Origin: Candidatus Woesebacteria bacterium
GTDB lineage: Bacteria; Patescibacteriota; Microgenomatia; UBA8517
Direction of reading: 5' to 3'
Assembly: GCA_020061305.1 (NCBI GenBank)
Contig: JAGUYM010000014.1
Span: 49,372 to 113,371 of the forward strand
Length of the DNA: 64,000 bases
Below are positions 50,322 through 60,282 of this stretch, in pieces (position 1 is the stretch's first letter; each line of letters starts with the position of its first letter). The notes under the pieces are model-generated. The model ran no database searches and was not told the origin of the DNA. It worked only from the letters and a program-made list of their open reading frames with translations. Position numbers and translations under genes: made by a program.

Positions 50322-51218
50322 ATGGATTTAATGCTCATATTATTAATTATAATTCTTATTGTCTTAGTTTGTATTGCAATTTTTAAGAAAGACAAAACTT
50401 CACCTGAACTTCTAGAATATTTGAAAGCTACAAACAATAGGCTAAATGAACAAAATAAAAATTTCAACGAAAGATTGGACACGGCGGCCAGGGTGATTTC
50501 ACAGGTTCAAAGAAATATTGGAGAATTCAGTGAAATAGGTAGAAACATGAAAGATTTGCAAGAATTTTTGAATTCTCCAAAGTTGCGTGGTAATTTAGGT
50601 GAACAAGTCTTAAAAGAACTTTTAAAACAGTTTCTACCAAGTGAGGCGTATAAATTACAATATACATTTAAAAGTGGAGAAAAAGTTGATGCAGTTGTTT
50701 TAACTTCAGGAGGTCTTATTCCAATTGATTCAAAGTTTCCAATGGAAAACTTTAGAAAAATGATTGAGGATAAACAGTATAAAAGAGAATTTGAAAAAGA
50801 TGTTAAAAAACACATTGATGACATATCAAGAAAATACATACTCACAAGTGAGGGGACTATAGATTATGCCTTAATGTATATACCCAGTGAAGCTGTTTAC
50901 TATGAAATAGTTAACAATGAATCTCTTTTTGAATACGGTGGAGAAAAAAGAATTCTTCCAGTTTCACCTACAACTTTCTATGCTTATCTAAAGGCGATAC
51001 TAATGAGCTTTGAAGGACAAAAAATAGAAAAACAGGCAAAAGAAATATTAATATCGCTTCGCTCTATAAAAAAAGATTTTGAAAAAACAGAAGAAAATTT
51101 AGGAATACTGCAAAAACATTTAACCAATGCTTACAATATGATGAATAATGTCTTTTCTTCATTTAATAATTTGGGTCAAAAAATTGATGGAACACAAAAA
51201 TTAGAGACAGGAAAGTGA
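50322..51218 (+). CDS. rmuC: DNA recombination protein RmuC
   Basis: RGNLGEQVL, IPIDSKFPM, YALMYIPSEAVY, VSPTT. Confidence 0.93.
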   Translation: MDLMLILLIIILIVLVCIAIFKKDKTSPELLEYLKATNNRLNEQNKNFNERLDTAARVISQVQRNIGEFSEIGRNMKDLQEFLNSPKLRGNLGEQVLKELLKQFLPSEAYKLQYTFKSGEKVDAVVLTSGGLIPIDSKFPMENFRKMIEDKQYKREFEKDVKKHIDDISRKYILTSEGTIDYALMYIPSEAVYYEIVNNESLFEYGGEKRILPVSPTTFYAYLKAILMSFEGQKIEKQAKEILISLRSIKKDFEKTEENLGILQKHLTNAYNMMNNVFSSFNNLGQKIDGTQKLETGK

Positions 51219-51294
51219 CATAATTGAGTATGAAAAATCGGAATACAGGTATAACAAAATTCAAATCAAAAAAAGGCAAAAAATTGTTAGATTA

Positions 51295-51732
51295 TTATTT
51301 AGTTATTCTGTAGACACTCCAATTTTCTTTGTGTGACTTAGGATCCCATCTAAATCCTAATTCATAAAGTTTAGAGAAAAGTGATTGATATTCATCCGTC
51401 ATAGGCGCGGGATATAGTAATTTAGTGGCACCTGTTTTTATATATAGTCCTAAATCTTCATCAATTTTGGCAAACACCTTGTATGGAATATAAGTATCGT
51501 CACCTCTTCCAGCTTCTGCAGTAATTATTTGGATATTTCTTTTTTGTATAACTTTTAAAAACACAGTAGGTTTTAAATTCAAAGTATCTCCTTTTCTAAA
51601 ATCAGGACCAACATAATCATCCCTTTCAATTTGTCCAGTTAACCCAAGGCTTGTTAACAACCCCTCTTGTTTTTTACTCCTGATCCCAAAGACTTTTTCA
51701 AAAAATTGACCAACTGTTGATTGCTCAGACAT
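51295..51732 (-). CDS. Hypothetical protein
   Basis: TATAAT 6 nt before the ATG. Confidence 0.7.
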   Translation of the reverse strand: MSEQSTVGQFFEKVFGIRSKKQEGLLTSLGLTGQIERDDYVGPDFRKGDTLNLKPTVFLKVIQKRNIQIITAEAGRGDDTYIPYKVFAKIDEDLGLYIKTGATKLLYPAPMTDEYQSLFSKLYELGFRWDPKSHKENWSVYRITK

Positions 51733-51841
51733 GATGATATTATATATCAGTAAGGTGCAAAATTAACTCCGACTTATCCTTTTAATATCTGTGTCAAGTA
51801 TCTCTTTTAGTTCACACCCTTTCTCTTAATATGCAAGACTA

Positions 51842-51955
51842 TGACATCCTCTCCGCTCCTACGAGCAGGGTTTCTCGTAAGGCAGGATGACGTATCAGAA
51901 CCCAATTCATCCCACAGGTTTACGTTTGGGATTTTCTTGGGTTCTATTATAAATT
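51842..51955 (-). mobile_element. Non-autonomous IS200/IS605-like miniature element (two end hairpins, no ORF)
   Basis: Minus strand: AGAACCCAAGAAAATCCCA...TGGGATGAATTGGGTTCT (left-end-like), then GAAACCCTGCTCGTAGGAGCGGAGAGGATGTCA (right-end-like GAGGATGTCA terminus). Confidence 0.6.
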
Positions 51956-52020
51956 AATAATTTGACATAGAATAAAGTTTCTTGGTAATGTTTGATATGT
52001 CAAGAAAGGGGGTGATAAGT

Positions 52021-52542
52021 ATGTTATCAGCAGTAGTTGAAGAATTAAAAAATACATTGGTCACTACAATTCAAGGGACTGATGATGTTTTGACGGCACT
52101 TAGAACTGCAGTCAAAAATCAAGTCACAGGTGCATTAAAAAATGTTTCTGATGTGGTTGAGGCCGCCGTTGTTGCTGTTCAAAACACAGGAACATCTGTT
52201 GTTGTTGCTGCAAAAGAATCTGTCTCATCCGTAGTGAATGCTGTTGGTGAAACTGGTGGTGATGTCCTAAAAACAGGAGCAGATGCAGTTTCCGGTGCAG
52301 TTAAAGGCGCTGGAGAAGTTGGTGCAAATGTTGGAGATGTTGCGGTTTCTGCAGTTGAAGGTGTTGTCTCAACTCTTACAGATATGGGCAAAGATGTTAC
52401 AGAGGGTACAAAAGAAGCTTTGGCTGCCGCAGTTAAGGCTGCAGACGAACTTGGAACAGAGGCGGGATCATCAGTTAGAAACGCTTTAATGGCAACAGCA
52501 TCACTTCCAAAAGACTTGGTCAATTCAGTTTTGGGTAAGTGA
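52021..52542 (+). CDS. Ala/Val/Gly-rich amphipathic 22-aa helical repeat protein
   Basis: SD AAGGGGGTGA; TTGACA(51962)-18-TAATGT; no F/W/Y/H/C residues. Confidence 0.8.
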   Translation: MLSAVVEELKNTLVTTIQGTDDVLTALRTAVKNQVTGALKNVSDVVEAAVVAVQNTGTSVVVAAKESVSSVVNAVGETGGDVLKTGADAVSGAVKGAGEVGANVGDVAVSAVEGVVSTLTDMGKDVTEGTKEALAAAVKAADELGTEAGSSVRNALMATASLPKDLVNSVLGK

Positions 52543-52582
52543 GTAAGTTTGTCTTTAATGATACAATCTCTTTGTTGAATAT

Positions 52583-55411
52583 ATGAAATTAAACAAGGAG
52601 CAGATTTTGGCTGTCAAACATGATAAAGGGCCGCTTCTAATTATTGCTGGGGCGGGGACGGGAAAGACTGCAGTAATTATAGAGCGGATTAAACACTTAA
52701 TAGCTAGTGGAAAAGCAAAACCAGAAGAAATATTGGCCTTAACTTTTACAGAGAAGGCTGCAACTGAAATGGAAGTGAGAATAGATGAAGCAATGCCACT
52801 TTCATACGGTGATATTTGGATAACTACTTTTCATTCTTTTTGTGATTCTATTCTTCGAGAATCAGGATTACATATTGGACTTCCAACAAATTTCAAATTG
52901 ATGACTAAAGAAAAAAGTATAGATTTATTTAAGAGAAATTTATTTAATTTTTCATTAAATTATTTCAGACCACTGGGTAATCCAAATAAATTTATTGATA
53001 GTTTACTGACACATTTTTCAAGATTACAGGATGAAGCTATAACACCAAGTGAATATATTGCTTGGGTAAAAAAACTCAAAGCATCAAAAACTCAAAAACT
53101 CCAAGAAGATGAAAAATTAGAACAACAAAAGTGGCAGGAGTTAGCAACAGTTTACAATGAGTATAACGAGTTAAAACTTAAGGAAGCAAAATTTGATTTT
53201 GGTGATTTAATAATTAAAACAATAGAACTGTTTAAAAAGCGGCCGAATATATTAAAAAATTATCAAGAAAAGTTTAAATATATATTAGTTGATGAATTTC
53301 AGGATACAAACTATGCCCAAAATGAACTGGTTAATTTAATTGCTCAAAAAACCGGAAATATTACAGTTGTAGGCGATGATAACCAATCAATTTATCGCTG
53401 GCGTGGGGCCGCAATTTCAAATATTTTGCAGTTTATAAAAGTTTATCCGAAGGCAAAGATAATTACTCTAAACCAAAACTATAGAAGCACGCAAACCATA
53501 CTTGATAGCGCCTATAAACTTATTAAACATAATGATCCAGATACACTTGAGGCACGCCTCAAAATACCTAAAATACTAAATGCTAAAAATTCAAATGCTA
53601 AATATGAAATCAAGACAATTCAAACACAAACAGGGGATGAGGAGGCAGAAGAAGTAATAAAGTCAATAAATCAGTTAATCATTAAATATAATTACCAACC
53701 TAAAGATATCGCCATATTAGTTAGAGCAAATAATCATGCAGATAGTTTTATACGAGAATTGGAGAGGCAAGGAATACCACATCAATTTTTAGGTCCAAGT
53801 AAACTTTTGGAAAAAGAAGAAATAGTTGATTTAATTTCATACCTTAAAAGTTTGTATGACCCAGAAGACAATGAAAGTTTTTATAGACTAATTTCCTCTA
53901 AAAATTTGGATATCAATATTTCTGAAATCATAAAAATTACAAGTGAGGCAAAAAAGAAAAGTGTTTCTGTTTTTGAAATTTTTAATAATAACAACACACA
54001 TTCCAAATTAAAAGAAATTTTTACAAAACATTTACAAGAAATAAACACAAAAACTGCAGGCGAAATACTTTTTGAATATTTACAAGTGATGGGGATATAT
54101 GAGGAAATTATTAAAAATGAAGATGATATAAAAGCTAAGAATATATCAGCTTTTTTCCAAAAGGTAAAAGCTTTTGAGAATGACAATCCTCAAGCAAAAC
54201 TTCGTGAGGTTGTGGATTATATAAATTTACTAACAGAAGTTGGGGATTCGCCAACTGTTACCGATGGACTTTGGCAGGAGAACAATGCAGTAAATATTTT
54301 AACAATTCATTCTGCAAAGGGTTTGGAGTTTCCAGTTGTTTTTATGGTTAATCTGGTAACAGATAGATTTCCAAGTAGAAATAGGGGAGATGATCTGCCA
54401 ATTCCAGATGAGTTAATTAAGGAGGAACTTCCAATAGGTGATTTTCATATTCAGGAGGAGAGACGACTTTTTTATGTCGGTATAACAAGGGCTAAAGAAA
54501 GATTGTATTTTACAAGTGCGAGGATATACAACGATGGTAAAAGAGAAAAGAAAATATCACCTTTTGTTGCTGAAGCATTGGGTGAAACAGCCAACAGTCA
54601 ACAGCCAACAGTCAACAGCAAAAAACGAATTTATAATATTAACAACCAACACAGTTCACAATTCACAGTTCACAGTTCACGACAAAAAGTAAACTTTTTG
54701 TCTGTCTCCCAAATTGAAACATTTCAAACTTGTCCCTTACATTACAAATTAAAATATATTTATAATTTTCCAACACCATCTTCAGCCTCAACATCATTTG
54801 GCATAAGTATCCATGAAAGCTTAAAACAAATGCTAAATGCTAAAAATCTAAATGCTAAATTAACTCAAGATATTTTTGAAAATTGCTTTAGAGAAGAAGG
54901 GTATGAAAATAAAAAGCACAAAAAATTATTTTTTGACAAGGGTAAAGAATATTTATTAGGATTTTTAAAAAATTCATATGATCCAAAAACAAAAACAGTT
55001 GCATTGGAACAAAAGTTTAATATTAAATTATCAAAAGATTTAACAGTTGGTGGTGTGATAGATAGAATAGATGAAATTTCAAAAGGAAGGTTTGAAATAA
55101 TTGATTATAAAACGGGGGCTAATATCCCTTCGCAAAAAGATGTTGATAAAGATTTACAACTTTCTGTATATGCTTTGGCAGTATCAGAAATGTATAAAGT
55201 AAAACCAGAAAATATAAAACTTTCACTTTATTATCTAGATACACAGGAAAAGATTACGACCATAAGAACGGAAGAAGAGTTGCAAGAAATTAGGAATCAG
55301 ATACTAGAAATTAGAGATGAAATAGAAAACAGTGATTTTAAATGTAACAATTCCTACTTCTGTCAAAAAGGCTGCGAATTTAAAATGTTCTGTAAAAGTG
55401 AAGGTTTGTAG
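52583..55411 (+). CDS. UvrD/REP helicase with C-terminal PD-(D/E)XK nuclease and Cys cluster (AdnB/AddA-like)
   Basis: AGAGTGKT, VDEFQD, TIHSAKGLEF, EERRLFYV, GVIDRID, IIDYKTG, CP...C-C-C-C. Confidence 0.93.
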   Translation: MKLNKEQILAVKHDKGPLLIIAGAGTGKTAVIIERIKHLIASGKAKPEEILALTFTEKAATEMEVRIDEAMPLSYGDIWITTFHSFCDSILRESGLHIGLPTNFKLMTKEKSIDLFKRNLFNFSLNYFRPLGNPNKFIDSLLTHFSRLQDEAITPSEYIAWVKKLKASKTQKLQEDEKLEQQKWQELATVYNEYNELKLKEAKFDFGDLIIKTIELFKKRPNILKNYQEKFKYILVDEFQDTNYAQNELVNLIAQKTGNITVVGDDNQSIYRWRGAAISNILQFIKVYPKAKIITLNQNYRSTQTILDSAYKLIKHNDPDTLEARLKIPKILNAKNSNAKYEIKTIQTQTGDEEAEEVIKSINQLIIKYNYQPKDIAILVRANNHADSFIRELERQGIPHQFLGPSKLLEKEEIVDLISYLKSLYDPEDNESFYRLISSKNLDINISEIIKITSEAKKKSVSVFEIFNNNNTHSKLKEIFTKHLQEINTKTAGEILFEYLQVMGIYEEIIKNEDDIKAKNISAFFQKVKAFENDNPQAKLREVVDYINLLTEVGDSPTVTDGLWQENNAVNILTIHSAKGLEFPVVFMVNLVTDRFPSRNRGDDLPIPDELIKEELPIGDFHIQEERRLFYVGITRAKERLYFTSARIYNDGKREKKISPFVAEALGETANSQQPTVNSKKRIYNINNQHSSQFTVHSSRQKVNFLSVSQIETFQTCPLHYKLKYIYNFPTPSSASTSFGISIHESLKQMLNAKNLNAKLTQDIFENCFREEGYENKKHKKLFFDKGKEYLLGFLKNSYDPKTKTVALEQKFNIKLSKDLTVGGVIDRIDEISKGRFEIIDYKTGANIPSQKDVDKDLQLSVYALAVSEMYKVKPENIKLSLYYLDTQEKITTIRTEEELQEIRNQILEIRDEIENSDFKCNNSYFCQKGCEFKMFCKSEGL

Positions 55412-55413
55412 CT

Positions 55414-55630
55414 TTACTTTGTTACAGATGTTGCATCTGTGATTGATTGCGTAAATTTTCTATTTCGAAGGTCTATCTCTTTGTATGCAAGATTTTGTAA
55501 AATGCTTCCTCTAGCCTTAAGTTTTAATCGCCCCCTTGGCTATTTTGGGATCTAAGCTTTCAGCTAAATCAACAACCAGCTTGCTCCAAAATCCAAATTT
55601 AGTTTTTGATTCAATTACCTTAACTTCCAT
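55414..55630 (-). pseudogene. Small hypothetical gene with an extra base in a G5 run (55531-55535)
   Basis: TAGAAT-6-ATG; MEVKVIES...IAKG, continuing in the shifted frame as RLKLKARG...SVTK*. Total length is 3n+1. Confidence 0.45.
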
Positions 55631-55649
55631 GTTTGAATTCTATTACTAC

Positions 55650-56510
55650 TTAATGGTCAAATATTGGAAGTTTGTATCTGGTGTAACATCCAGGATAAAG
55701 AATTTCAGTACCACCAAATTTTTTTTTAAAGTGGCTAAATCCAAGCCAAGATTTATTAGGAAAACGATCGTCGTAAATTCCTTCCATGTCAAAAATTTTA
55801 CAACCCACCTTCTTACCCCATAGTATACCTTGATAGAGAAGTGAGTACTGAGAGAGAGAGGTGCGACCTTCTTTATTTGTAAATCCATACACATAATATG
55901 CGCCAAAATTCTTCTCTTTGTGTGAAGAGACTGTGAAAATCGCTCCCCCTATAATACTGCCAGAAACATTGTGCGACGTAAGGAAGATGGAGGTATTGTT
56001 TGGGAATGTTTTTTTTAAACTTAAAAGTCTTTCAAGGCTTGGTACATATCGCTTAAAATTTACAGATTTTCTCCACGTTTCTCTAAATACTTTAATTTTT
56101 TCTGGAGAATTGTAATTTTCAATTTTTAATCCCTCCCCTTTTCGAATACTGAATTTACAGTCTTTTGAAAAGTTTCGGAAAATGTCCCCTTCACTTTGAG
56201 TTAAGTCTATATGAATAGTTTTTGAGGGTAAAAATGGACTATTTGACAACTTAAACCCATAGTCCTTAATTTTTAATTCTTCACCCTTATTTAATTCTAA
56301 TGGTTCGATAATAATTTGAAACGGTTTATACTTTTTACTTAATATCTCTATATCCTTATATCTTATTTCTTTTGGTCTTTGAATTTTCAACACACTTCCA
56401 ATCAATGGCAGTTTTTTAATAAAATAGTTAGTGTTATTTATTCTTTCTACAATCCAACCCTGTTTTGTTAAAAATTTGGCATAGTTTATTGATTGACGAA
56501 GGTCTAACAT
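55650..56510 (-). CDS. FemABX-like peptidoglycan bridge aminoacyltransferase
   Basis: DLRQS--YA-FL, PSKTIHIDL, FDMEGIYD, GFSHFKKKFGG. Confidence 0.85.
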   Translation of the reverse strand: MLDLRQSINYAKFLTKQGWIVERINNTNYFIKKLPLIGSVLKIQRPKEIRYKDIEILSKKYKPFQIIIEPLELNKGEELKIKDYGFKLSNSPFLPSKTIHIDLTQSEGDIFRNFSKDCKFSIRKGEGLKIENYNSPEKIKVFRETWRKSVNFKRYVPSLERLLSLKKTFPNNTSIFLTSHNVSGSIIGGAIFTVSSHKEKNFGAYYVYGFTNKEGRTSLSQYSLLYQGILWGKKVGCKIFDMEGIYDDRFPNKSWLGFSHFKKKFGGTEILYPGCYTRYKLPIFDH

Positions 56511-56584
56511 AAATTTCTAAAATTGGAAAATTGGGACCTATTTAGGTTAATAAATAATAAATTTCATTTTATAAATTAGGTAAA

Positions 56585-57511
56585 TTAGGCCAATTTGGCT
56601 TTGAATTTAAGTAGCATCCATCTTAATTTATCAACAAATATATACATATAATATAAAGGTTTGTTAATCATCAAGTCCCAACTACCAATAAATTCAACAA
56701 CCTTTGGATTATAACCTTCTTTAAACTTTGTAAAGCCCTTTCCTTCTTCCCTTCCCCAAAGATCGAATGTTTTTAGTTTTAATTTTTTTCCAAATTTAAT
56801 TGCTTCCCACATCATTAGATTGTTTGCCATAACGCCCTTGTACTTATCTGTTGATGCACCGTATGGGTAGTATAAAAATTCGTTGTGAGCAAATAGAATC
56901 CAAGTTGAGATTATCTCACCATTATATTTTGCAACTAACAGGTGAGCTATTTGACTTTTGACTTTTGACTTTTGACTTGGGCCGAGATACTTCCACATTA
57001 ACCTATGATACTTTTCAGTATGTGCGTAAAAGCCTTGCCTTTTTACTGTTTCGAAAGTTAATTTTAAGTATTCTTCAAAAGCTTTATCACTATTATCAAC
57101 TTCTACTTTAACTCCGTGCCTTTGAGCTAAACGAATATTATAACGAGTTTTACTTGAAAATGATTTAAGTAATTCTTCCTCAGATTTCCTCAGGTCAATC
57201 CAGAATGAGGTGGGAGTAAAAAGTGATTTACCCTTGATTAATCCATATTTTTTATACTGTTTAACAATTTTTTTATCCATCAAAACAAAAGGCTCAAGTT
57301 TGATAAAAATTGCATTATTCTGTTTACCTAGTCGAGCTATTTCCTGAACATTTTCTTTTGTTAGATTATTACCTCTAATCAAAGTTCCAATTTTATATTT
57401 TGTATAGGGAATTTTACTAAAAATAATGAGCCCTGTTTTTGAATTTATAACATCATTGCCCCATTCTTTCCTAAATTCTCCCCAAGCCACTGTTTGTAAC
57501 GGGTGTTTCAT
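56585..57511 (-). CDS. FemABX family peptidoglycan bridge aminoacyltransferase
   Basis: HPLQT-AWGEF, KTRYNIRLA, YPYGAS, FDLWG, FKEGY. Confidence 0.92.
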   Translation of the reverse strand: MKHPLQTVAWGEFRKEWGNDVINSKTGLIIFSKIPYTKYKIGTLIRGNNLTKENVQEIARLGKQNNAIFIKLEPFVLMDKKIVKQYKKYGLIKGKSLFTPTSFWIDLRKSEEELLKSFSSKTRYNIRLAQRHGVKVEVDNSDKAFEEYLKLTFETVKRQGFYAHTEKYHRLMWKYLGPSQKSKVKSQIAHLLVAKYNGEIISTWILFAHNEFLYYPYGASTDKYKGVMANNLMMWEAIKFGKKLKLKTFDLWGREEGKGFTKFKEGYNPKVVEFIGSWDLMINKPLYYMYIFVDKLRWMLLKFKAKLA

Positions 57512-59355
57512 TTCAAGTATTTATCCAGTATATCATCAAAACTAAAATCATCTGATTTTGTCTTGGTGTAGCTATTATTAAAATCATCAAATGTTTTTGA
57601 TAAATTTCCGTCTAATAAATTTTCTGGAATTTCTGAAATAAACCGACTAGGAGTATTTGAGGAGGTTTCACCATAAATAAGTCTTCTTGCGGCATAACTT
57701 AAATACAACTTTTCTTTAGCTCTTGTGATTCCTACATACATAAGTCTTCTTTCTTCCTCTAGTTGATCTTTTTCAAAAAGACTCCTACTATGTGGGAATA
57801 TTCCCTCCTCAAGACCCACAATAAAAACTATAGAGAACTCCAAGCCCTTTGCACTATGTAGGGTCATAAGTGTAACAGTATCAGAAGCGGCAGAAATTTT
57901 ATTGGACGATTCAACCAGTGAAACCTGTTCTAAAAATTCCACGAGGTTCGGAAAAGTTAGTGCAACAGATCTTAGCTCCTTTATATTTTCGAGCCTGTTT
58001 ACATCTTCTGGATCTGTTTCCTTAAATTTTAATATATATTCTGTTTTTGAAATGATTAAATCTAGTATTTCTAGAGTTGTCATCATCTCAATATCTATTT
58101 CAAGGTTTTTAAATTTTACATACCTTTTTTTACCCAGTGAGAGCACTCTCTTTTGAGATACAATATCCTTTTTATTAGCAGCAAGTCTTAGGTAGGCTAA
58201 TATGTCTTTTATTTCCTTTCTATCATAGAATTTAGTCCCACCAATCAATATATAAGGTATGCCATTGTGTATTAAACTTTCCTCTAAAACGCGGGATTGT
58301 GCGTTGGTTCGATAAAGTATTGCAATGTCACTGTACTTTAGTCCGTTTGTTTTTAACCTCTTTAGTTCTTCGGTTATAAACACGGCTTCGTCAAAACCGT
58401 TTCTTGCGCTATAGATTGTGATTTTTTCTCCCTTATCTTTGTCTGTTCGTAATTCTAAAACTGGATGTGTGCTGTTATTTTTTATAACATTATTTGCTGC
58501 TTCTAAAATATTTTGTGTGCTTCTGTAATTTTGTTCAAGATTTACAATCTTGATGTTTGAATATTCATTTATTAAGTTATTAATATTTCGATAGTCAGCA
58601 CCTCTCCATGAATAAATTGACTGGGATGCATCTCCAACTGCAGTTATAATCCCCCTGCCTCCATCTAACGACCTTACTAATTCATACTGCACTTTATTTG
58701 TGTCTTGCCATTCATCTATGAAAATTTGCTTTATTTTGTCTTGCCATTTGGAAAGTATTTCATTATTTTCAAAAAGTTCTAACACTTTTATCATCAGATC
58801 GTCAAAATCAAGTGCGTTAATTTCTTTAAGTTTTTTTTGATATTCACCATATACTTTGGAGACCAATTTAGCAAAATCTCCATTTGCAATTTCCTGATAC
58901 AAATTAGGTGTAAGCATTTGGCTTTTGGCTTCACTTATTGCATACAAAATAGAATTTGGTTTAAATGATTCTGAAATATTAAGGTTGTTACAGATATCTC
59001 TTATAAGATCTTTTTGATCGTTGTCATCATAGATTAAAAAATTTTTATCAATTTTAATATGAATTCCATCGATTCTTAAAATTTTGGCACAAAATGAATG
59101 AAAAGTACCTGAAAAAGCTAATGGTTGACAGTCATTGGTTAATAACTCATTAATGCGATTGCCCATTTCTGTAGCGGCTTTATTGGTAAATGTTAAAAGC
59201 AGACAGTTTTCGGGTTTTACAATTTGTTTCTCAATGAGGTGGACAACTCGATGTGTTAACACTTTAGTTTTACCAGAACCGGCTCCTGCTAAAACCAAGA
59301 GTGGTCCACCAGTGTACTCGACGGCCTCTTGCTGTTGGTTGTTTAGTGTTGCCAT
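57508..59355 (-). CDS. pcrA: PcrA/UvrD ATP-dependent DNA helicase
   Basis: LAGAGSGKT, TFHS, VGDASQSIYSWRGA, YRTNAQSR, TLHSAKGLEF. Confidence 0.93.
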   Translation of the reverse strand: MATLNNQQQEAVEYTGGPLLVLAGAGSGKTKVLTHRVVHLIEKQIVKPENCLLLTFTNKAATEMGNRINELLTNDCQPLAFSGTFHSFCAKILRIDGIHIKIDKNFLIYDDNDQKDLIRDICNNLNISESFKPNSILYAISEAKSQMLTPNLYQEIANGDFAKLVSKVYGEYQKKLKEINALDFDDLMIKVLELFENNEILSKWQDKIKQIFIDEWQDTNKVQYELVRSLDGGRGIITAVGDASQSIYSWRGADYRNINNLINEYSNIKIVNLEQNYRSTQNILEAANNVIKNNSTHPVLELRTDKDKGEKITIYSARNGFDEAVFITEELKRLKTNGLKYSDIAILYRTNAQSRVLEESLIHNGIPYILIGGTKFYDRKEIKDILAYLRLAANKKDIVSQKRVLSLGKKRYVKFKNLEIDIEMMTTLEILDLIISKTEYILKFKETDPEDVNRLENIKELRSVALTFPNLVEFLEQVSLVESSNKISAASDTVTLMTLHSAKGLEFSIVFIVGLEEGIFPHSRSLFEKDQLEEERRLMYVGITRAKEKLYLSYAARRLIYGETSSNTPSRFISEIPENLLDGNLSKTFDDFNNSYTKTKSDDFSFDDILDKYLK

Positions 59356-59373
59356 ATCAAATACAATAGTAGC

Positions 59374-60282
59374 ATGAAGATTTTAAAATTTGTCCTCTGG
59401 TTTTTGATAGTTTTATCTGTTTTGGTGTCCTCCATACTACTTACCACTTATTACTTACTACCCAAAATTGAAACACCTATTTCAATTTTGATTCTTGGTA
59501 AAGGCGGTGAGGGCCACACTGCGCCTAATTTAACCGATACGATTATGCTTACTCATTTAGATGCTGAATCAATGAAAGTAACTAATTTGTCTATTCCCCG
59601 TGATATTTGGATTTCTGAAATAAGAGCCAAATTAAATACCGCTTATCACTATGGGGGTTTTGAAATGGCAAAAAACAGCGTAGCTTCTATTACGGGGATC
59701 GTTCCCGATTATGGTGTTGTTATCGATTTCTCTTTGTTTAAAGACTTAATAGATTCGATGGGGGGTATAAATATAGATGTTGAAAATAGCTTTGTTGATG
59801 AAAAATTCCCCATTAGTGGTAAAGAAAATGACCCCTGCGTTCCGTGTAGATATGAAAAGATTGTATTTGAAAAGGGGTTAACAAAAATGGATGGAGAAAC
59901 AGCACTCAAGTTTGCCAGAAGCAGAAATGCAAAAGGTGATGAGGGTACAGATTTAGCAAGAGAAAAAAGACAGCAAAAAATAGTTGAAGCGATCAAAAAC
60001 CGATTTTTATCAAATGAAGTGTTATTAAACAAAAAAACTCTCAATAATATATATAATGTATTTCTTAAAAACTTAGAAACAGATATCCCAAAAGATAAAA
60101 TTATTCCATTTGCAAGATTTTTATTTGAGTCAAGACAAAATATAAAATTTTTAACGATTCCAGAGGAATATTTGGCAATCTCTCAAAAAGACAAAAGATA
60201 TGATTACCAATATGTGTTTTTGCCGAAGTCAGGCACTTGGGATGATTTACAAAAATGGATCGTTACCAGCCTACAAAATTAA
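59374..60282 (+). CDS. LCP (LytR-CpsA-Psr) family glycopolymer transferase
   Basis: TDTIML, LSIPRD, KLN-AY, ALKFARSR, D--R--RQQ. Confidence 0.93.
   Translation: MKILKFVLWFLIVLSVLVSSILLTTYYLLPKIETPISILILGKGGEGHTAPNLTDTIMLTHLDAESMKVTNLSIPRDIWISEIRAKLNTAYHYGGFEMAKNSVASITGIVPDYGVVIDFSLFKDLIDSMGGINIDVENSFVDEKFPISGKENDPCVPCRYEKIVFEKGLTKMDGETALKFARSRNAKGDEGTDLAREKRQQKIVEAIKNRFLSNEVLLNKKTLNNIYNVFLKNLETDIPKDKIIPFARFLFESRQNIKFLTIPEEYLAISQKDKRYDYQYVFLPKSGTWDDLQKWIVTSLQN

Noticed and set aside
51230-51313. 27-codon ORF after rmuC, possibly an N-terminal gene remnant
   Set aside because: Too short to assign and runs into the convergent gene.
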